Shown here: positions 18,649-28,893 of the stretch, one piece after another
Layout of the letters: the number at the start of each line of letters is the position of its first letter
Numbering within the stretch: position 1 is the first letter of the stretch
Origin: an uncultured Candidatus Saccharibacteria bacterium
GTDB lineage: Bacteria; Patescibacteriota; Minisyncoccia; Phycocordibacterales; PALSA-1337
Length of the DNA stretch: 64,000 bases
Assembly (NCBI GenBank): GCA_964357605.1
Contig: CAYHLX010000002.1
Location: forward strand, 569 to 64,568
Reading direction: 5' to 3'
Position numbers and translations under genes: made by a program
Notes under the pieces: model-generated
Told to the model about the DNA's origin: nothing
The model's database searches: none
What the model saw: only the letters and a program-made list of their open reading frames with translations

Positions 18649-18686
18649 GAGAGATATCGTATCATTATTATTCTCTAGATGCCAAG

Positions 18687-20447
18687 TCAAGAATCGTGTT
18701 GCATTTTATAAAAATAGGAATCATTATTTTTTAGTAAATCTTCCGGACTTCCCTTTTCTACTATTTTCCCGCGGTTAAGAACCATGATAGTGTTCGCTTC
18801 AGAAACAGTGGATGGCCGGTGAGCAATAATAAAAACAGTGACAATTCCCTTTAGTTTTGAAATAGCTTCATGAATAAGTTGTTCTGATTCGTGATCAAGA
18901 GCACTAGTTGCTTCATCCAAGATCAGAAGTGATGGCTTACCAGCGAGCGCCCGAGCCAAAGCTATACGCTGACGTTGGCCGCCAGAAAGCATCACTCCTC
19001 TATCTCCCGTAGTAGTTTTAAATCCTTCAGGTAATCCCATAATAAAATTATAGATATTGGCCTGTTTTGCCGCATTTTCGATATCTTCTTTTGTTAAATT
19101 TTTATTATAAAACCTGATATTTTCCTCAATAGTATCGTTAATCAAGAAAACATCCTGTGACACGTAACCAATATGGGTTCGCCATTCCTCCAATGAAATG
19201 GAAGTACTAGGTATCCCATCAACCAAAATCGTCCCTTGATTAGGCTTAAAAAGACGCAGGATGAGATCAGCAATTGAGGTTTTACCCGCCCCAGAAGGTC
19301 CTACGATGCCTACGATTTCTCCCGCTCGCACAGAGAAATCAACAGAATCAAGAATGGTCTTACCTTCTTCATACGAGAACGAGACTGATTTAAAAGCAAG
19401 TTCCTTACGAAAAACAAAAAGTTCTGTACCTTCGGTAGACTCACGATGTTTATCTAGACTATGCTTAAAGTCTGCAAGATTCTTGGCATATGGCAATAGA
19501 CCACTCACGGATTGCATAGCATTTTGTCCAGATTCTAGATAAGCAAAGATTTTTTGAATTAAATACAAAGAGGCGGTAAAGGAAATAATATTAAATTCTG
19601 GAGTATGGTACGTCAACAAGAAAAGTAGTGTCACGAGAACAATGGCAGATGGCTGAAAAAAACTAGTACTCAAAGTACCAACAAACGATTGCTTAATTGA
19701 AAGATGTCGCAAGAGACGAATATGAGTTGCGCCATTAAAAATAGCTGCGCGCTCCGCTCCAGAAGCCTTGATAGATTTCATGCCGATAATATGTTCACTC
19801 AAGAATTGAGCGAACTGCTTTTCAACTCCCGCCGTTTGTCTACCCAAACGTTCTGTGCGATGGAGAAATGGTCTCAAGAGAAGCATGAGACAGGCACCCC
19901 CACCTACCGCATAGAAAGTCATTACTGGTGAAATATTTATAGCCACCAGCAAATACATCAAAAAACCACTAAAAGACTGGATGACTTGAACCACCGCTCC
20001 TAAAAGACCACCTGTCTGCTGAACATCACGAACCAAAGTATTATGCATCGTGCCGATCTTTTGTTTCAAAGAAAAAGACCATGAGGAAAGAAGGGTGCGA
20101 TGCATCACATCCTCACTTTCTTTACCCAGAAAATCAGCATTGATCCAACCACGAATATATCCAAAGGTAATAACAGAAATTGCTCTCAGTATAAAAAGCA
20201 CCAAAATAAACCCTAGCAAATAGCGGAAACTGAACGGGATGTGCAAGAAACTAAACAGTGTTTGAACTATTTCATTGATAAAATCAGTTGCCACTCCACC
20301 ACCCATAAAAAATGACATGAGTGGTACAACGGCATTTATACCAATACCTTCAAGTAAAGGGCTCAAAATTCCAAAAGCGGACAAGGCCAGTACGTGCCAA
20401 CGATACCTGCTAAATGTTGCCCAGAGGGTTTTTATAGTGTTTTTCAT
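18687..20447 (-). CDS. ABC exporter (TMD+NBD), probable lipid-linked glycan flippase
   Basis: GPSGAGKT, LSGGQRQR, LILDEATSALD, IAHR; glycan-locus context. Confidence 0.92.
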   Translation of the reverse strand: MKNTIKTLWATFSRYRWHVLALSAFGILSPLLEGIGINAVVPLMSFFMGGGVATDFINEIVQTLFSFLHIPFSFRYLLGFILVLFILRAISVITFGYIRGWINADFLGKESEDVMHRTLLSSWSFSLKQKIGTMHNTLVRDVQQTGGLLGAVVQVIQSFSGFLMYLLVAINISPVMTFYAVGGGACLMLLLRPFLHRTERLGRQTAGVEKQFAQFLSEHIIGMKSIKASGAERAAIFNGATHIRLLRHLSIKQSFVGTLSTSFFQPSAIVLVTLLFLLTYHTPEFNIISFTASLYLIQKIFAYLESGQNAMQSVSGLLPYAKNLADFKHSLDKHRESTEGTELFVFRKELAFKSVSFSYEEGKTILDSVDFSVRAGEIVGIVGPSGAGKTSIADLILRLFKPNQGTILVDGIPSTSISLEEWRTHIGYVSQDVFLINDTIEENIRFYNKNLTKEDIENAAKQANIYNFIMGLPEGFKTTTGDRGVMLSGGQRQRIALARALAGKPSLLILDEATSALDHESEQLIHEAISKLKGIVTVFIIAHRPSTVSEANTIMVLNRGKIVEKGSPEDLLKNNDSYFYKMQHDS

Positions 20448-20490
20448 GTTGTCACAATAACTATACCAGCGTTATGCACCAAATACCACA

Positions 20491-21255
20491 TTATCCCTTG
20501 ATATGTAGCACATTAGGAGTTGGCAAAGACAATCGTTCTAACTGCGCCGAGGAACGAGCATTTTTTGATTTTAGGTTTTGTAGATATCTATCATGGCGTT
20601 TGACACTCCATCCATGAGTATTGATCACCAGGTTGCCTTCTGGAAGAACAACCAATTTGGCTATCGCCTTGCCTGGCCACAATATTTGTTGGGCCGCAAT
20701 AGTCCCCATTTCTTCCATACCAGCATTGTCAGGATCGTGCAGTGAATCTGCTGCCAAAACAAAACCTGTATGCACGAGATGTTTGATAGACCAGAGTGCA
20801 TATGTGTTCCATGGAATCTGTAAGCCACTGGCATTTTTTACCAAAACATTCTTACCGGGCAAAGCCTTGATATCGTGACCTGTGAGACAGGCGCCAACCA
20901 CCAGTGTTTGTTTATCAAAATACGATTGAAGCAAGGAGACTATGGGTTTAGTAACTGGATATTCCGTACTTACAAATAATAAGTGGTTCATATCTAATTC
21001 TGCGCTCTTTATAAGCAACGCATTCGGTGCCTGCACCACCTTACCCCACGGGGTTACTGAAAAAGCATTAACTTTAGGATATTTATTTTTCATGAAATCA
21101 GAGCTTCTCGCCAAATCTACCTCGGAATGTATCGCCACAAAAATACTGCTTGGTTGTACGATCATTAGTGCCGCCTCAACCCACGTCTCCAGACGCTCTA
21201 TATCTCCTTCTGACAACCCATAAAAACGTGTCGCAATACCGAACTTCTGATACAT
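20491..21255 (-). CDS. Hypothetical protein (possible GT-A-like enzyme)
   Basis: ATG 21255 follows the SDR stop; PWNTYALW and GMEE motifs; no confident family. Confidence 0.6.
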   Translation of the reverse strand: MYQKFGIATRFYGLSEGDIERLETWVEAALMIVQPSSIFVAIHSEVDLARSSDFMKNKYPKVNAFSVTPWGKVVQAPNALLIKSAELDMNHLLFVSTEYPVTKPIVSLLQSYFDKQTLVVGACLTGHDIKALPGKNVLVKNASGLQIPWNTYALWSIKHLVHTGFVLAADSLHDPDNAGMEEMGTIAAQQILWPGKAIAKLVVLPEGNLVINTHGWSVKRHDRYLQNLKSKNARSSAQLERLSLPTPNVLHIKG

Positions 21256-21260
21256 GTTGA

Positions 21261-21947
21261 TTACAGCAAAGGATAGGCGTTCAAAGTAAATCCAGCCTCG
21301 AAATCTACCACTGCCCCAGTCACCCATTGAGCCACGCCATCTCCAAGCATTACAATATACTTAGCTACGGCTTCAGGAGGGATAAGCTCGTGTTGCGGTA
21401 GACGTTTCTTTGTTGCCTCAAGAATAAGTGGGTTGGCTTTGGTTGACTTCATCAATTTGTTGAGTGGTCCGAGTCTAATAGCATGTGTAGAAATACCATA
21501 CTGACCCCATTCTACAGCCAATTGTCTAGTTAAACCCTCAAGTCCAGCTTTGGAGGTGGTATAAGCAGCACGATTTGGATAAGGATACCTAGCATTCATA
21601 GAGGTAACAGTCACAAATGTTCCCTTGGCCTCTTTTAAACCAGAAAATGCGGCTCGAGCAAACAGAAAAGCCCCTTTCAAATTTACATTCAACACCTCAT
21701 CCCATTCTTGCTCTGTTATTTCCTGAACTGGTTTAACGAGATTTATACCCGCGGCATACACCGCGAGATCAATATGAGGAGGAAGTTTTTCATAAGAGGA
21801 AGCAAATTTTGCATCCGGATGATTGGGGCTATTCCAGGTTTCATCTATTTTATACCCAGCCTTTTTCAGATCTGCTACAATAGCCAACCCAAGATTGCCA
21901 GTAGCACCAACTACTACTGCAATCTTTTTTTTCTTAGACAAAGTCAT
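21261..21947 (-). CDS. SDR family oxidoreductase
   Basis: GATGNLG, AAG, YTTSK. Confidence 0.93.
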   Translation of the reverse strand: MTLSKKKKIAVVVGATGNLGLAIVADLKKAGYKIDETWNSPNHPDAKFASSYEKLPPHIDLAVYAAGINLVKPVQEITEQEWDEVLNVNLKGAFLFARAAFSGLKEAKGTFVTVTSMNARYPYPNRAAYTTSKAGLEGLTRQLAVEWGQYGISTHAIRLGPLNKLMKSTKANPLILEATKKRLPQHELIPPEAVAKYIVMLGDGVAQWVTGAVVDFEAGFTLNAYPLL

Positions 21948-21952
21948 ATTGT

Positions 21953-22537
21953 TTATTTTACTTTTTCCCATGTCTTTTTCTTAGCTACATAAACCCAGAT
22001 ATATGAAACATGCACTTTAGGTTCACCAACGACAGGATGATAACCCATAGGCACTGTACCAAAAGTATGATCTTTGATTGGCCAGACAGTATCGACAGCA
22101 GAATTATCATACCAAACCCCCTTACCAACTTGGATACCACGTTGACTAGCGCCCTCTAAAAGATAGAAAAAGACTTCTTCAAAACCTGGTTCTGTGTTGA
22201 GTTCAAAATCATGAGGTAAACTTGACCATGTACCTTCACCACGATGTATGGTGATACCAAGACGCATTGTAGGAGCAGGCCCTTTTGGTTTTAGATAATG
22301 ATAAACGTCTCGTTGCGCATTTCCTTCGCCAACGACCATAGCATGTGCATCTTTCATACCGATAGTGACTGGTTTCTTGCCTTTCGCTGTAAAAATAACC
22401 TTTTCTATTTTTCCATTTTTCAGAAAAACTTGGGCATGTTCACCTGGTGCTTCAAATACCAGAACATCATCCTTACCTGTCACTTTTAAAGTATCTAATT
22501 GAGCCTTATTGGACCATTCATATGTCATATTTTTCAT
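21953..22537 (-). CDS. KduI/IolB-family sugar isomerase (cupin)
   Basis: GTWSSLPH, FEEVFFY, VPMGYHPVVG, SYIW. Confidence 0.85.
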   Translation of the reverse strand: MKNMTYEWSNKAQLDTLKVTGKDDVLVFEAPGEHAQVFLKNGKIEKVIFTAKGKKPVTIGMKDAHAMVVGEGNAQRDVYHYLKPKGPAPTMRLGITIHRGEGTWSSLPHDFELNTEPGFEEVFFYLLEGASQRGIQVGKGVWYDNSAVDTVWPIKDHTFGTVPMGYHPVVGEPKVHVSYIWVYVAKKKTWEKVK

Positions 22538-22561
22538 ATATTATCACATTTAGATGGATAA

Positions 22562-23425
22562 TCAAATCTTGCGTTTCAAACTCAAAATCTGCACATCACC
22601 GAAGCCCAATCTCTTGGCTGTTTGGTCAAATACCCTCTTATACGGCTGAGGAACTATGGTACCGGGGGTATTGGAACCAAAGCTACAATACTTATCTATT
22701 ACAAGCCCCGTTCGTTTGGCGAGTCTTTCCATTCCTACTTTTGAAGCCATGCTCAAGTGTTGTACTGGTAAAAGATGGGGCCAGTTATTTCCATAAAGTT
22801 CTCCTAGAATACCAAATCTAGGTGTCTCGAGAAAAATTCTTCCCTTAGGAGTAAGTAGTTTTTTCAACATCTCTATGACGGCTGTCGGATCCTCAACATG
22901 CTCTATCACATCCCACAAAGTGATGAGGTCAAATTTCATCTTGATCGTGCTAATATCTTTTAAAGGAAAGACATTCCAGCCATTTTTCCTAGCCTGATCT
23001 AACATCCCTTCCGACAAATCTGTACCGTATAGTTTTGTCTTAGAGCCAAAATAATCTTTACAAAATTCAAGAAAAACTCCATCAGCACAACCAAAATCGA
23101 GAATTGATTTTACATCTTTTTTCTTAATCTCGATATCCTGGAGGGACATCGCATATTCTGCAAAAACGGTCGGGCGATATTCTTTTGAATACCTGATTCT
23201 ACAATCAACACCTGGATGTGGCTGCAATCTCTTGTTGAGATAATCATTTTCATAAACCTTTCTAATCACCTCCTTAGGCGGTCTTGGTAAAATCATCAAA
23301 CTTTCACAAGCGCTACATTTATACCAACTGGAATTCAAATCTTCCCAGAGAATTTGAGCATGAAATACTTTTTTCCCTTTATTTCCGCACCAGACGCAGG
23401 TAGCTACTTTGTGTTTGTTTTTCAT
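22562..23425 (-). CDS. Class I SAM-dependent methyltransferase with N-terminal Zn-ribbon
   Basis: CVWC/CSAC, ILDFGCADG, LWDVIEH. Confidence 0.9.
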   Translation of the reverse strand: MKNKHKVATCVWCGNKGKKVFHAQILWEDLNSSWYKCSACESLMILPRPPKEVIRKVYENDYLNKRLQPHPGVDCRIRYSKEYRPTVFAEYAMSLQDIEIKKKDVKSILDFGCADGVFLEFCKDYFGSKTKLYGTDLSEGMLDQARKNGWNVFPLKDISTIKMKFDLITLWDVIEHVEDPTAVIEMLKKLLTPKGRIFLETPRFGILGELYGNNWPHLLPVQHLSMASKVGMERLAKRTGLVIDKYCSFGSNTPGTIVPQPYKRVFDQTAKRLGFGDVQILSLKRKI

Positions 23426-24636
23426 TTAATAAATTTTTCAGCTAATAAATTTTTATGTGCTTCACGCAAAGAATCTGTCCGATCGTACGCTGAACCAAAA
23501 ACAAACTTTCTGCCAATACAATCTTGGGCATCAATCTCGACTTTCGCGAGCATTGAGGCAAACAATTTTTCATCATGATATTTAAAATATTTATCAAAAT
23601 ATTCGGGAGTTAATTTCTCGCCTAACGCAAAACCAAGCATCCCTCCTACAAAATCTCCTCCTCGACGAGGTGTCGTCCACGATGAATCCCAACCGCCAGA
23701 AAGACGTGGGGTAAGCTCTATAATGCGTGGTCCATCTGGGGTCAGCATGATGTCGGCCTTGAGTACATGTCCTCCCTTCTGCTTATCCATTCCCAAGGCA
23801 ATGCCCGCTTTACGAATCATATCTTCAACCTCTTTGGTTGTTTCAGACGAATGTACAGCCGGATTAATATGGGCAAGTTCAACCGCCCAAGAAGTATTCT
23901 TGTATGGATTTTCACTTTCTGTCCACAAGCCAGGGAAAAAATCAAAATCTTTACGAAAAAGACGGTCAACCCAGTTTAACCAAGTCATTTTTCCATCGTA
24001 CCATAGCGTCTCTGCCGACTGTTCGGCGATTTCTCCTGAAACAGGAATGAGCAGTTCTTCGATGATAGCAGAATTGGTTGTACCATTTTTTACAGCACGT
24101 TCAAAAACTTCTTTGGTCAGAGCGGCTTCAGATTCAATATGAGAAAATCCACGACTCCCAGAGTTGTTTGGTGGCTTGAGAGCTGCCGGTGTGCCAATTT
24201 CTCGTAAAGCTTCCAGGGCTTCAGTATGAGTTCTAACTACCTTAAATTTTGGCTGTGGAATTCCTGCTTTAGTCAAAACAGCACGCGTTTCGTATTTGTA
24301 ACGACAAGTGTGTGAAATTTCTGGATCAATACCAGGTAAACCTAGGTGACGAGCAACCCTAGCGACAGTTTCGTGGCAGTCAGCACCAGAAGTAAAAACT
24401 GCTTTGATCTCATATTTTTCCTTGAGCTCATCTGCCTTGGCGATATTTTTATCAATGTTGAAAGTATCAAGATGGATAAATTCATCTGTCATCGAATGTA
24501 AGGCACATTCTGGCGATCCATCAGTAATAATAAGCTTATACCCACGTTCTTTTATCTTCTCTGCAGCTGGTCTCTGCATTGGACCACCGGCAAATAGCCA
24601 GACTGCTAAGGGTTTTGTGGATAGTGATTTTTTCAT
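23422..24636 (-). CDS. ATP-grasp ligase
   Basis: LKPPNNSGSRG, IIEE, IIELTPRLSG. Confidence 0.9.
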   Translation of the reverse strand: MKKSLSTKPLAVWLFAGGPMQRPAAEKIKERGYKLIITDGSPECALHSMTDEFIHLDTFNIDKNIAKADELKEKYEIKAVFTSGADCHETVARVARHLGLPGIDPEISHTCRYKYETRAVLTKAGIPQPKFKVVRTHTEALEALREIGTPAALKPPNNSGSRGFSHIESEAALTKEVFERAVKNGTTNSAIIEELLIPVSGEIAEQSAETLWYDGKMTWLNWVDRLFRKDFDFFPGLWTESENPYKNTSWAVELAHINPAVHSSETTKEVEDMIRKAGIALGMDKQKGGHVLKADIMLTPDGPRIIELTPRLSGGWDSSWTTPRRGGDFVGGMLGFALGEKLTPEYFDKYFKYHDEKLFASMLAKVEIDAQDCIGRKFVFGSAYDRTDSLREAHKNLLAEKFIK

Positions 24637-24637
24637 G

Positions 24638-25525
24638 TTATTTCTTTCTAGCAATAATCAAAAATTCTCTCCCGATACCTGCAGTCGCCAGACCAGTATA
24701 GAGGTTGTTTAGTATATCAGAATCTTTTTTGTAAAGCATTAATTCAAAGGCTTTACGATCTTTGTGACAAGCGCGCCCGACAATATGATCACCTACGTAG
24801 TTTCTACCTGAAAGCAGGAAGGTTTCCAGAGGAAAAGTTCCCAAAACATCTTCAATCACAAAACCTAAACGCTCTAATAATCGCTTCATACTTTCTACAG
24901 TAAAATAATTGAGGTGATGTTTGGGCACAACCCACCATGGTTTAAATCCGTGTTCTTTGCGTAAAATAAGTTGGAGGGGATTATAATCATTTGGACAAAA
25001 GATCGCCAGATGTCCACCTTTCTTTAACATCTTTTTCATCTCACTGATAAACCCGATTGCATCTGGCACATGTTCTAGGACCAAAGCCGCGTGCACGACA
25101 TCAAAGAGTCCTAGCCCCTTAGCTCGATCGTAAATAAAAAAATCATTAATAGTCACAAATCCGCGTTTATTGCTGTATTCAGCTGCCATCGCTGATGGTT
25201 CTATGCCGATAGTCTTCCATCCTAGTTTTTTCCCACAATTCAAAAAGTGTCCCGGGCCTGATCCGATATCAAGAAGAGTACGTCCCTTGGTACGTTTTTC
25301 TAATAACTTATAGTAATTATTGTAAGTCGCCATCCACCAAGGCAAGTCTTCTTTGGTTTCTTTAAAATAGTTTGGTCGTTCGTGTTGATAAAATTCCTGC
25401 TCGTAAAATTTTTTTAGTTCTGCTTCAGTCGGAGTTGGATAAACATGAACAAATCCGCAGGTTTTGCAATCAATAACCTTTATCCCCTCTTTTTGGTCTA
25501 AAATCTTTCCAGAGTGTTTTTTCAT
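24638..25525 (-). CDS. Class I SAM-dependent methyltransferase
   Basis: CKTCG, LLDIGSGPG, VLEHV. Confidence 0.9.
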   Translation of the reverse strand: MKKHSGKILDQKEGIKVIDCKTCGFVHVYPTPTEAELKKFYEQEFYQHERPNYFKETKEDLPWWMATYNNYYKLLEKRTKGRTLLDIGSGPGHFLNCGKKLGWKTIGIEPSAMAAEYSNKRGFVTINDFFIYDRAKGLGLFDVVHAALVLEHVPDAIGFISEMKKMLKKGGHLAIFCPNDYNPLQLILRKEHGFKPWWVVPKHHLNYFTVESMKRLLERLGFVIEDVLGTFPLETFLLSGRNYVGDHIVGRACHKDRKAFELMLYKKDSDILNNLYTGLATAGIGREFLIIARKK

Positions 25526-26556
25526 GCTTCTAGATCGTTATAGGTAATCGGAGATCGGGCAGAGATAGCGCGGAGAGTTTTTTTACCTATAATTTTTCCT
25601 AGATCCTTAGGTTCAATACCACGCAGTGGACGCAAAGTAATTATCATTGAAACATCGAGAGGTTCACCTTTTTTTATATCACGAAGGGCATAGAGAGAGC
25701 GGCGTGTTCCACGTTCTTTTATCTCATCCATTACACGATCTGGAGCAGAAACTGGTTCTTTTACCCCCGAACGAGACATGGCCTCTTCTAAGGAACGAAT
25801 TTCTGTTACCATATTTTTGAATTGAGCGATCGTCATTGAATTCTTGTCGTCATTACTATTTCCCTCCTGTGAATCAGTAATATGACGCTCAATCATACAA
25901 GCCCCGAGAGCAATGGCGCCAAGAGTAGCTACATTAGAAGACGGGTCTGCATGATCAGAATAGCCAATAGGTCTATTCAATTCATGTCTAAGGGTCTGTA
26001 TTGCTTTAAGATTAAGATCTTTAAATTGAGGAGGATAAAGAGAAACACAATGCAAAACGATAATCTGATCATTTCCTTCTTGCTTGATAACATCTACCGC
26101 ATGCTTTACTTCTTCTAGATACGCCATACCAGTTGAAATAATAATTGGCTTACCTTTCTTGGCAAGATATCGAAGCAAGATGTCATCCGTCATTTCGTAT
26201 GACGCGACCTTGAAAGCTGGGGTGCCAGCTTTATGAAGTACGTCAACAGCCTCATGGTCAAAAGGTGTGGAGAGAAAGATTATATCTTTTTCCTTGGCTC
26301 GCGCAATAAGCTTATCAGTCCATTCGTAGGGCAATTCTGCTGATTTATAAAAACTAGATAAAGGTTCTGCCGCAATCTTGTCATGAGTTAGGTGCTGGAA
26401 CTTAACAGCATCTGCTCCAGCATGACTGGCTGCATCTATAGCCTTCAATGCTGTTTGTATATCTCCACGATGATTAGCACTAACCTCTGCAATGATAAAA
26501 ACGGGCTCTCCATCGCCAATTTTGCAATCACCAATACTTATGTTTTTTATACTCAT
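25522..26556 (-). CDS. pseI: Nonulosonic acid (pseudaminic acid-type) synthase, NeuB/PseI family
   Basis: FIIAEVSANHRG, AVKFQ, STPFD, LHCVSLYP, GYSDH; SAF/AFP-like tail. Confidence 0.88.
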   Translation of the reverse strand: MSIKNISIGDCKIGDGEPVFIIAEVSANHRGDIQTALKAIDAASHAGADAVKFQHLTHDKIAAEPLSSFYKSAELPYEWTDKLIARAKEKDIIFLSTPFDHEAVDVLHKAGTPAFKVASYEMTDDILLRYLAKKGKPIIISTGMAYLEEVKHAVDVIKQEGNDQIIVLHCVSLYPPQFKDLNLKAIQTLRHELNRPIGYSDHADPSSNVATLGAIALGACMIERHITDSQEGNSNDDKNSMTIAQFKNMVTEIRSLEEAMSRSGVKEPVSAPDRVMDEIKERGTRRSLYALRDIKKGEPLDVSMIITLRPLRGIEPKDLGKIIGKKTLRAISARSPITYNDLEA

Positions 26557-26570
26557 AAAGTTTCTTAATA

Positions 26571-27215
26571 CTACACCAGCCGTTCTTTTTTGTCTTCTGG
26601 TGGAGCGGCATGATATGTGCCCAAACGCAAAGCTTCTATGCCACGCGCTTCAGACTCCAACCTTTTTTTATAGGCCGAAGTAGCCTTGATATCTTCAAAA
26701 GTTTTGCTAAATTCCGGACGAACACGAACAATAACATCTTCTGCAGAAATAAAATGAGCCTCAATCGAAGTATCGAGGGTATTCCACATCGCCTGCACTC
26801 GTGGTAAATGAAATTCATTAGTCACAAAAATAATTGATTTCCAATGATGTTTTTGTGCCAGAACAAAAGCTTGAGCAAGTCCACTCATAGTTGTAGTAGA
26901 TATCTCTTCGCACACAATACGTTCTGGTTTCACTCCAAGCTCTAGAAGTTCCCGCTCCATCACGGCGGCATGTGTTACAGGCTTTCCTTTACCTGCACCT
27001 CCTCTACCAGTGGTCACTAGCTTGGCCTTTGGATATTCACTCGCCAAGATCGCCCCAGCCTCAACCCGAACATAACCTCCTAGAGTACCGAAAGCATCAC
27101 CATCACTGTATGAAGTTGAATGATATACCCCATCTTCTGAAAGAACAGTTCCCCCGGTAATAACAAAGATAGCCTCAGGGGACATCATTTTATTTATCTT
27201 TTTATCTTGCTCCAT
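26571..27215 (-). CDS. YdcF/DUF218-family protein
   Basis: IFVITGG, VTTG, EEISTTT, FVTNEFHLPR. Confidence 0.85.
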   Translation of the reverse strand: MEQDKKINKMMSPEAIFVITGGTVLSEDGVYHSTSYSDGDAFGTLGGYVRVEAGAILASEYPKAKLVTTGRGGAGKGKPVTHAAVMERELLELGVKPERIVCEEISTTTMSGLAQAFVLAQKHHWKSIIFVTNEFHLPRVQAMWNTLDTSIEAHFISAEDVIVRVRPEFSKTFEDIKATSAYKKRLESEARGIEALRLGTYHAAPPEDKKERLV

Positions 27216-28114
27216 AAACTTGGATTAATTGCCCCCCTATTTAAATCTTTAAAAGATTCTCTGATTTCGGCCACGAAGCTGTCACTTTTAAAAGCTGATT
27301 GAGTGATCTTAACATCTTTAATTAGCTGTTCAGGAGTATCCACTCCAAAAACAATGTAGTCGGCGCGACATCCAACCTGAACAAAATGTAATGCGGCCTC
27401 TGTTGGTGTTAAATTATACTTTAGAGCAATAGAGATAAATCTTTCTAAATGAGGGCGTAAGTATGAGAGATGCACTGGCAATTCACTTGGTTTCATGAGC
27501 AATAATCCTTGCAAAAAGGGGCTGCGGGCAAAAACAGTAACTTTATTCTTTTTGGCAATTTCAAAAAAATCAGTGGCATCTAACCTTTGATCAAAAGCGT
27601 TGTAAGGAACTTGAACATAGTCCATTCCAAGACTTACAGCCTGTAAAGCTTCAGCCTCATCATAGACCGACACACCGATATTTTTAACCAAACCACTTTT
27701 TTTAACTTTCTTTAGTCCCTCTATCATATGATCCAAGTAAACATAATGCGGAGAATGAAAAAGATAACCATCTAGATAATCTAGACCTAAACGCTTCAAG
27801 GACTTCTCCAATTCCATTTTCACAATATCGGAAGATTTTGTCCCATCTGGATAATCATTCAGAGCATGAGGTTTCATTTTAGAAATTATACTGACCTTAC
27901 CAGCAAGCGATCTTTCCTTTATCCAAGCACCAAGCACATCTTCAGCTGTACCATAAGCCCAAGCGGTGTCAAAAGTAGTAATTCCAGAAGCCAAAGCCTC
28001 ATCCAAGATAGCGAATGATTCGTCTGTGGTTGGTTGACCTAAAGTGTTATTAAGGCCATATTTCAATCCAAATTGGACAGTACCCAAAACTAGTTTTGTT
28101 TTTGGTGATTTCAT
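27194..28114 (-). CDS. Aldo/keto reductase
   Basis: LGTVQFG, FDTAWAYG, IGVSVY, ARSPFLQGLL. Confidence 0.93.
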   Translation of the reverse strand: MKSPKTKLVLGTVQFGLKYGLNNTLGQPTTDESFAILDEALASGITTFDTAWAYGTAEDVLGAWIKERSLAGKVSIISKMKPHALNDYPDGTKSSDIVKMELEKSLKRLGLDYLDGYLFHSPHYVYLDHMIEGLKKVKKSGLVKNIGVSVYDEAEALQAVSLGMDYVQVPYNAFDQRLDATDFFEIAKKNKVTVFARSPFLQGLLLMKPSELPVHLSYLRPHLERFISIALKYNLTPTEAALHFVQVGCRADYIVFGVDTPEQLIKDVKITQSAFKSDSFVAEIRESFKDLNRGAINPSLWSKIKR

Positions 28115-28893
28115 TTAATCTTTTTTTTAAATTCTTCATCCTCTTTCAAAGATTTTACTAAACCTTCATATCCTGTACCACCCTTATTAATATTCAACAA
28201 TTCTGGCTTTTTTGCTAATAAGGCCAGAACATCATCTTTACTAAAAGTAGGATTGAGAGGATACAGATGCTCAAAAATTTTGGTCACAAATTCAAAATCG
28301 GCCAGGGTGTCCACTGACCAATGCATCTGTGAATCATCTCTTTCCCCAGTCTTCCATTGGATAGCACGGAAACGATCTGGTCTGTTGATAAAATATCGTG
28401 TGACATGCTCACGTTCCGATGGAAGCTTGGCATTTTTTGCGGCTTCCTCAAGTGCACCAAAAGTAAAAATATTAAAATCAAGACCCTCAGGATAGTTGAG
28501 CACTGTACCAGCATAAGCGAGAGGATCGGCCGCTTCTGTAAAATGTTCGACAGCCTCATCGATCACTGCTGGATCATGTAATGGGCAATCGGCCAAAAGA
28601 ACCACGATAGCAGTATTTGGAGTCGCGCCGAAATTTTTTGCAGTTTGATAAAAACGATCAAGAACATCTTTTTCACTGCCACGAAAAACATCGGCCCCGC
28701 ATTCCTTTACCAACTTTTCTGTTTCATCATCTTCTGGGTGATCTGTTGTAGCTACAATAACTCGATCCAATTTCTTGGCACGTTTTACGCGCTCAAGCAT
28801 TTGTGCCAACATCGGACGACCCAAAATAGGCCTAAGTATCTTCCCCGGTAGACGTGTTGATCCCATACGAGCCTGAATAATACCTATGATCAT
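28111..28893 (-). CDS. SpsF-like cytidylyltransferase (CMP-nonulosonate synthetase family)
   Basis: IIQARMGSTRLPGK, FRGSEKDVL.R, DCPL, REHVT, SVDT..D. Confidence 0.92.
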   Translation of the reverse strand: MIIGIIQARMGSTRLPGKILRPILGRPMLAQMLERVKRAKKLDRVIVATTDHPEDDETEKLVKECGADVFRGSEKDVLDRFYQTAKNFGATPNTAIVVLLADCPLHDPAVIDEAVEHFTEAADPLAYAGTVLNYPEGLDFNIFTFGALEEAAKNAKLPSEREHVTRYFINRPDRFRAIQWKTGERDDSQMHWSVDTLADFEFVTKIFEHLYPLNPTFSKDDVLALLAKKPELLNINKGGTGYEGLVKSLKEDEEFKKKIK

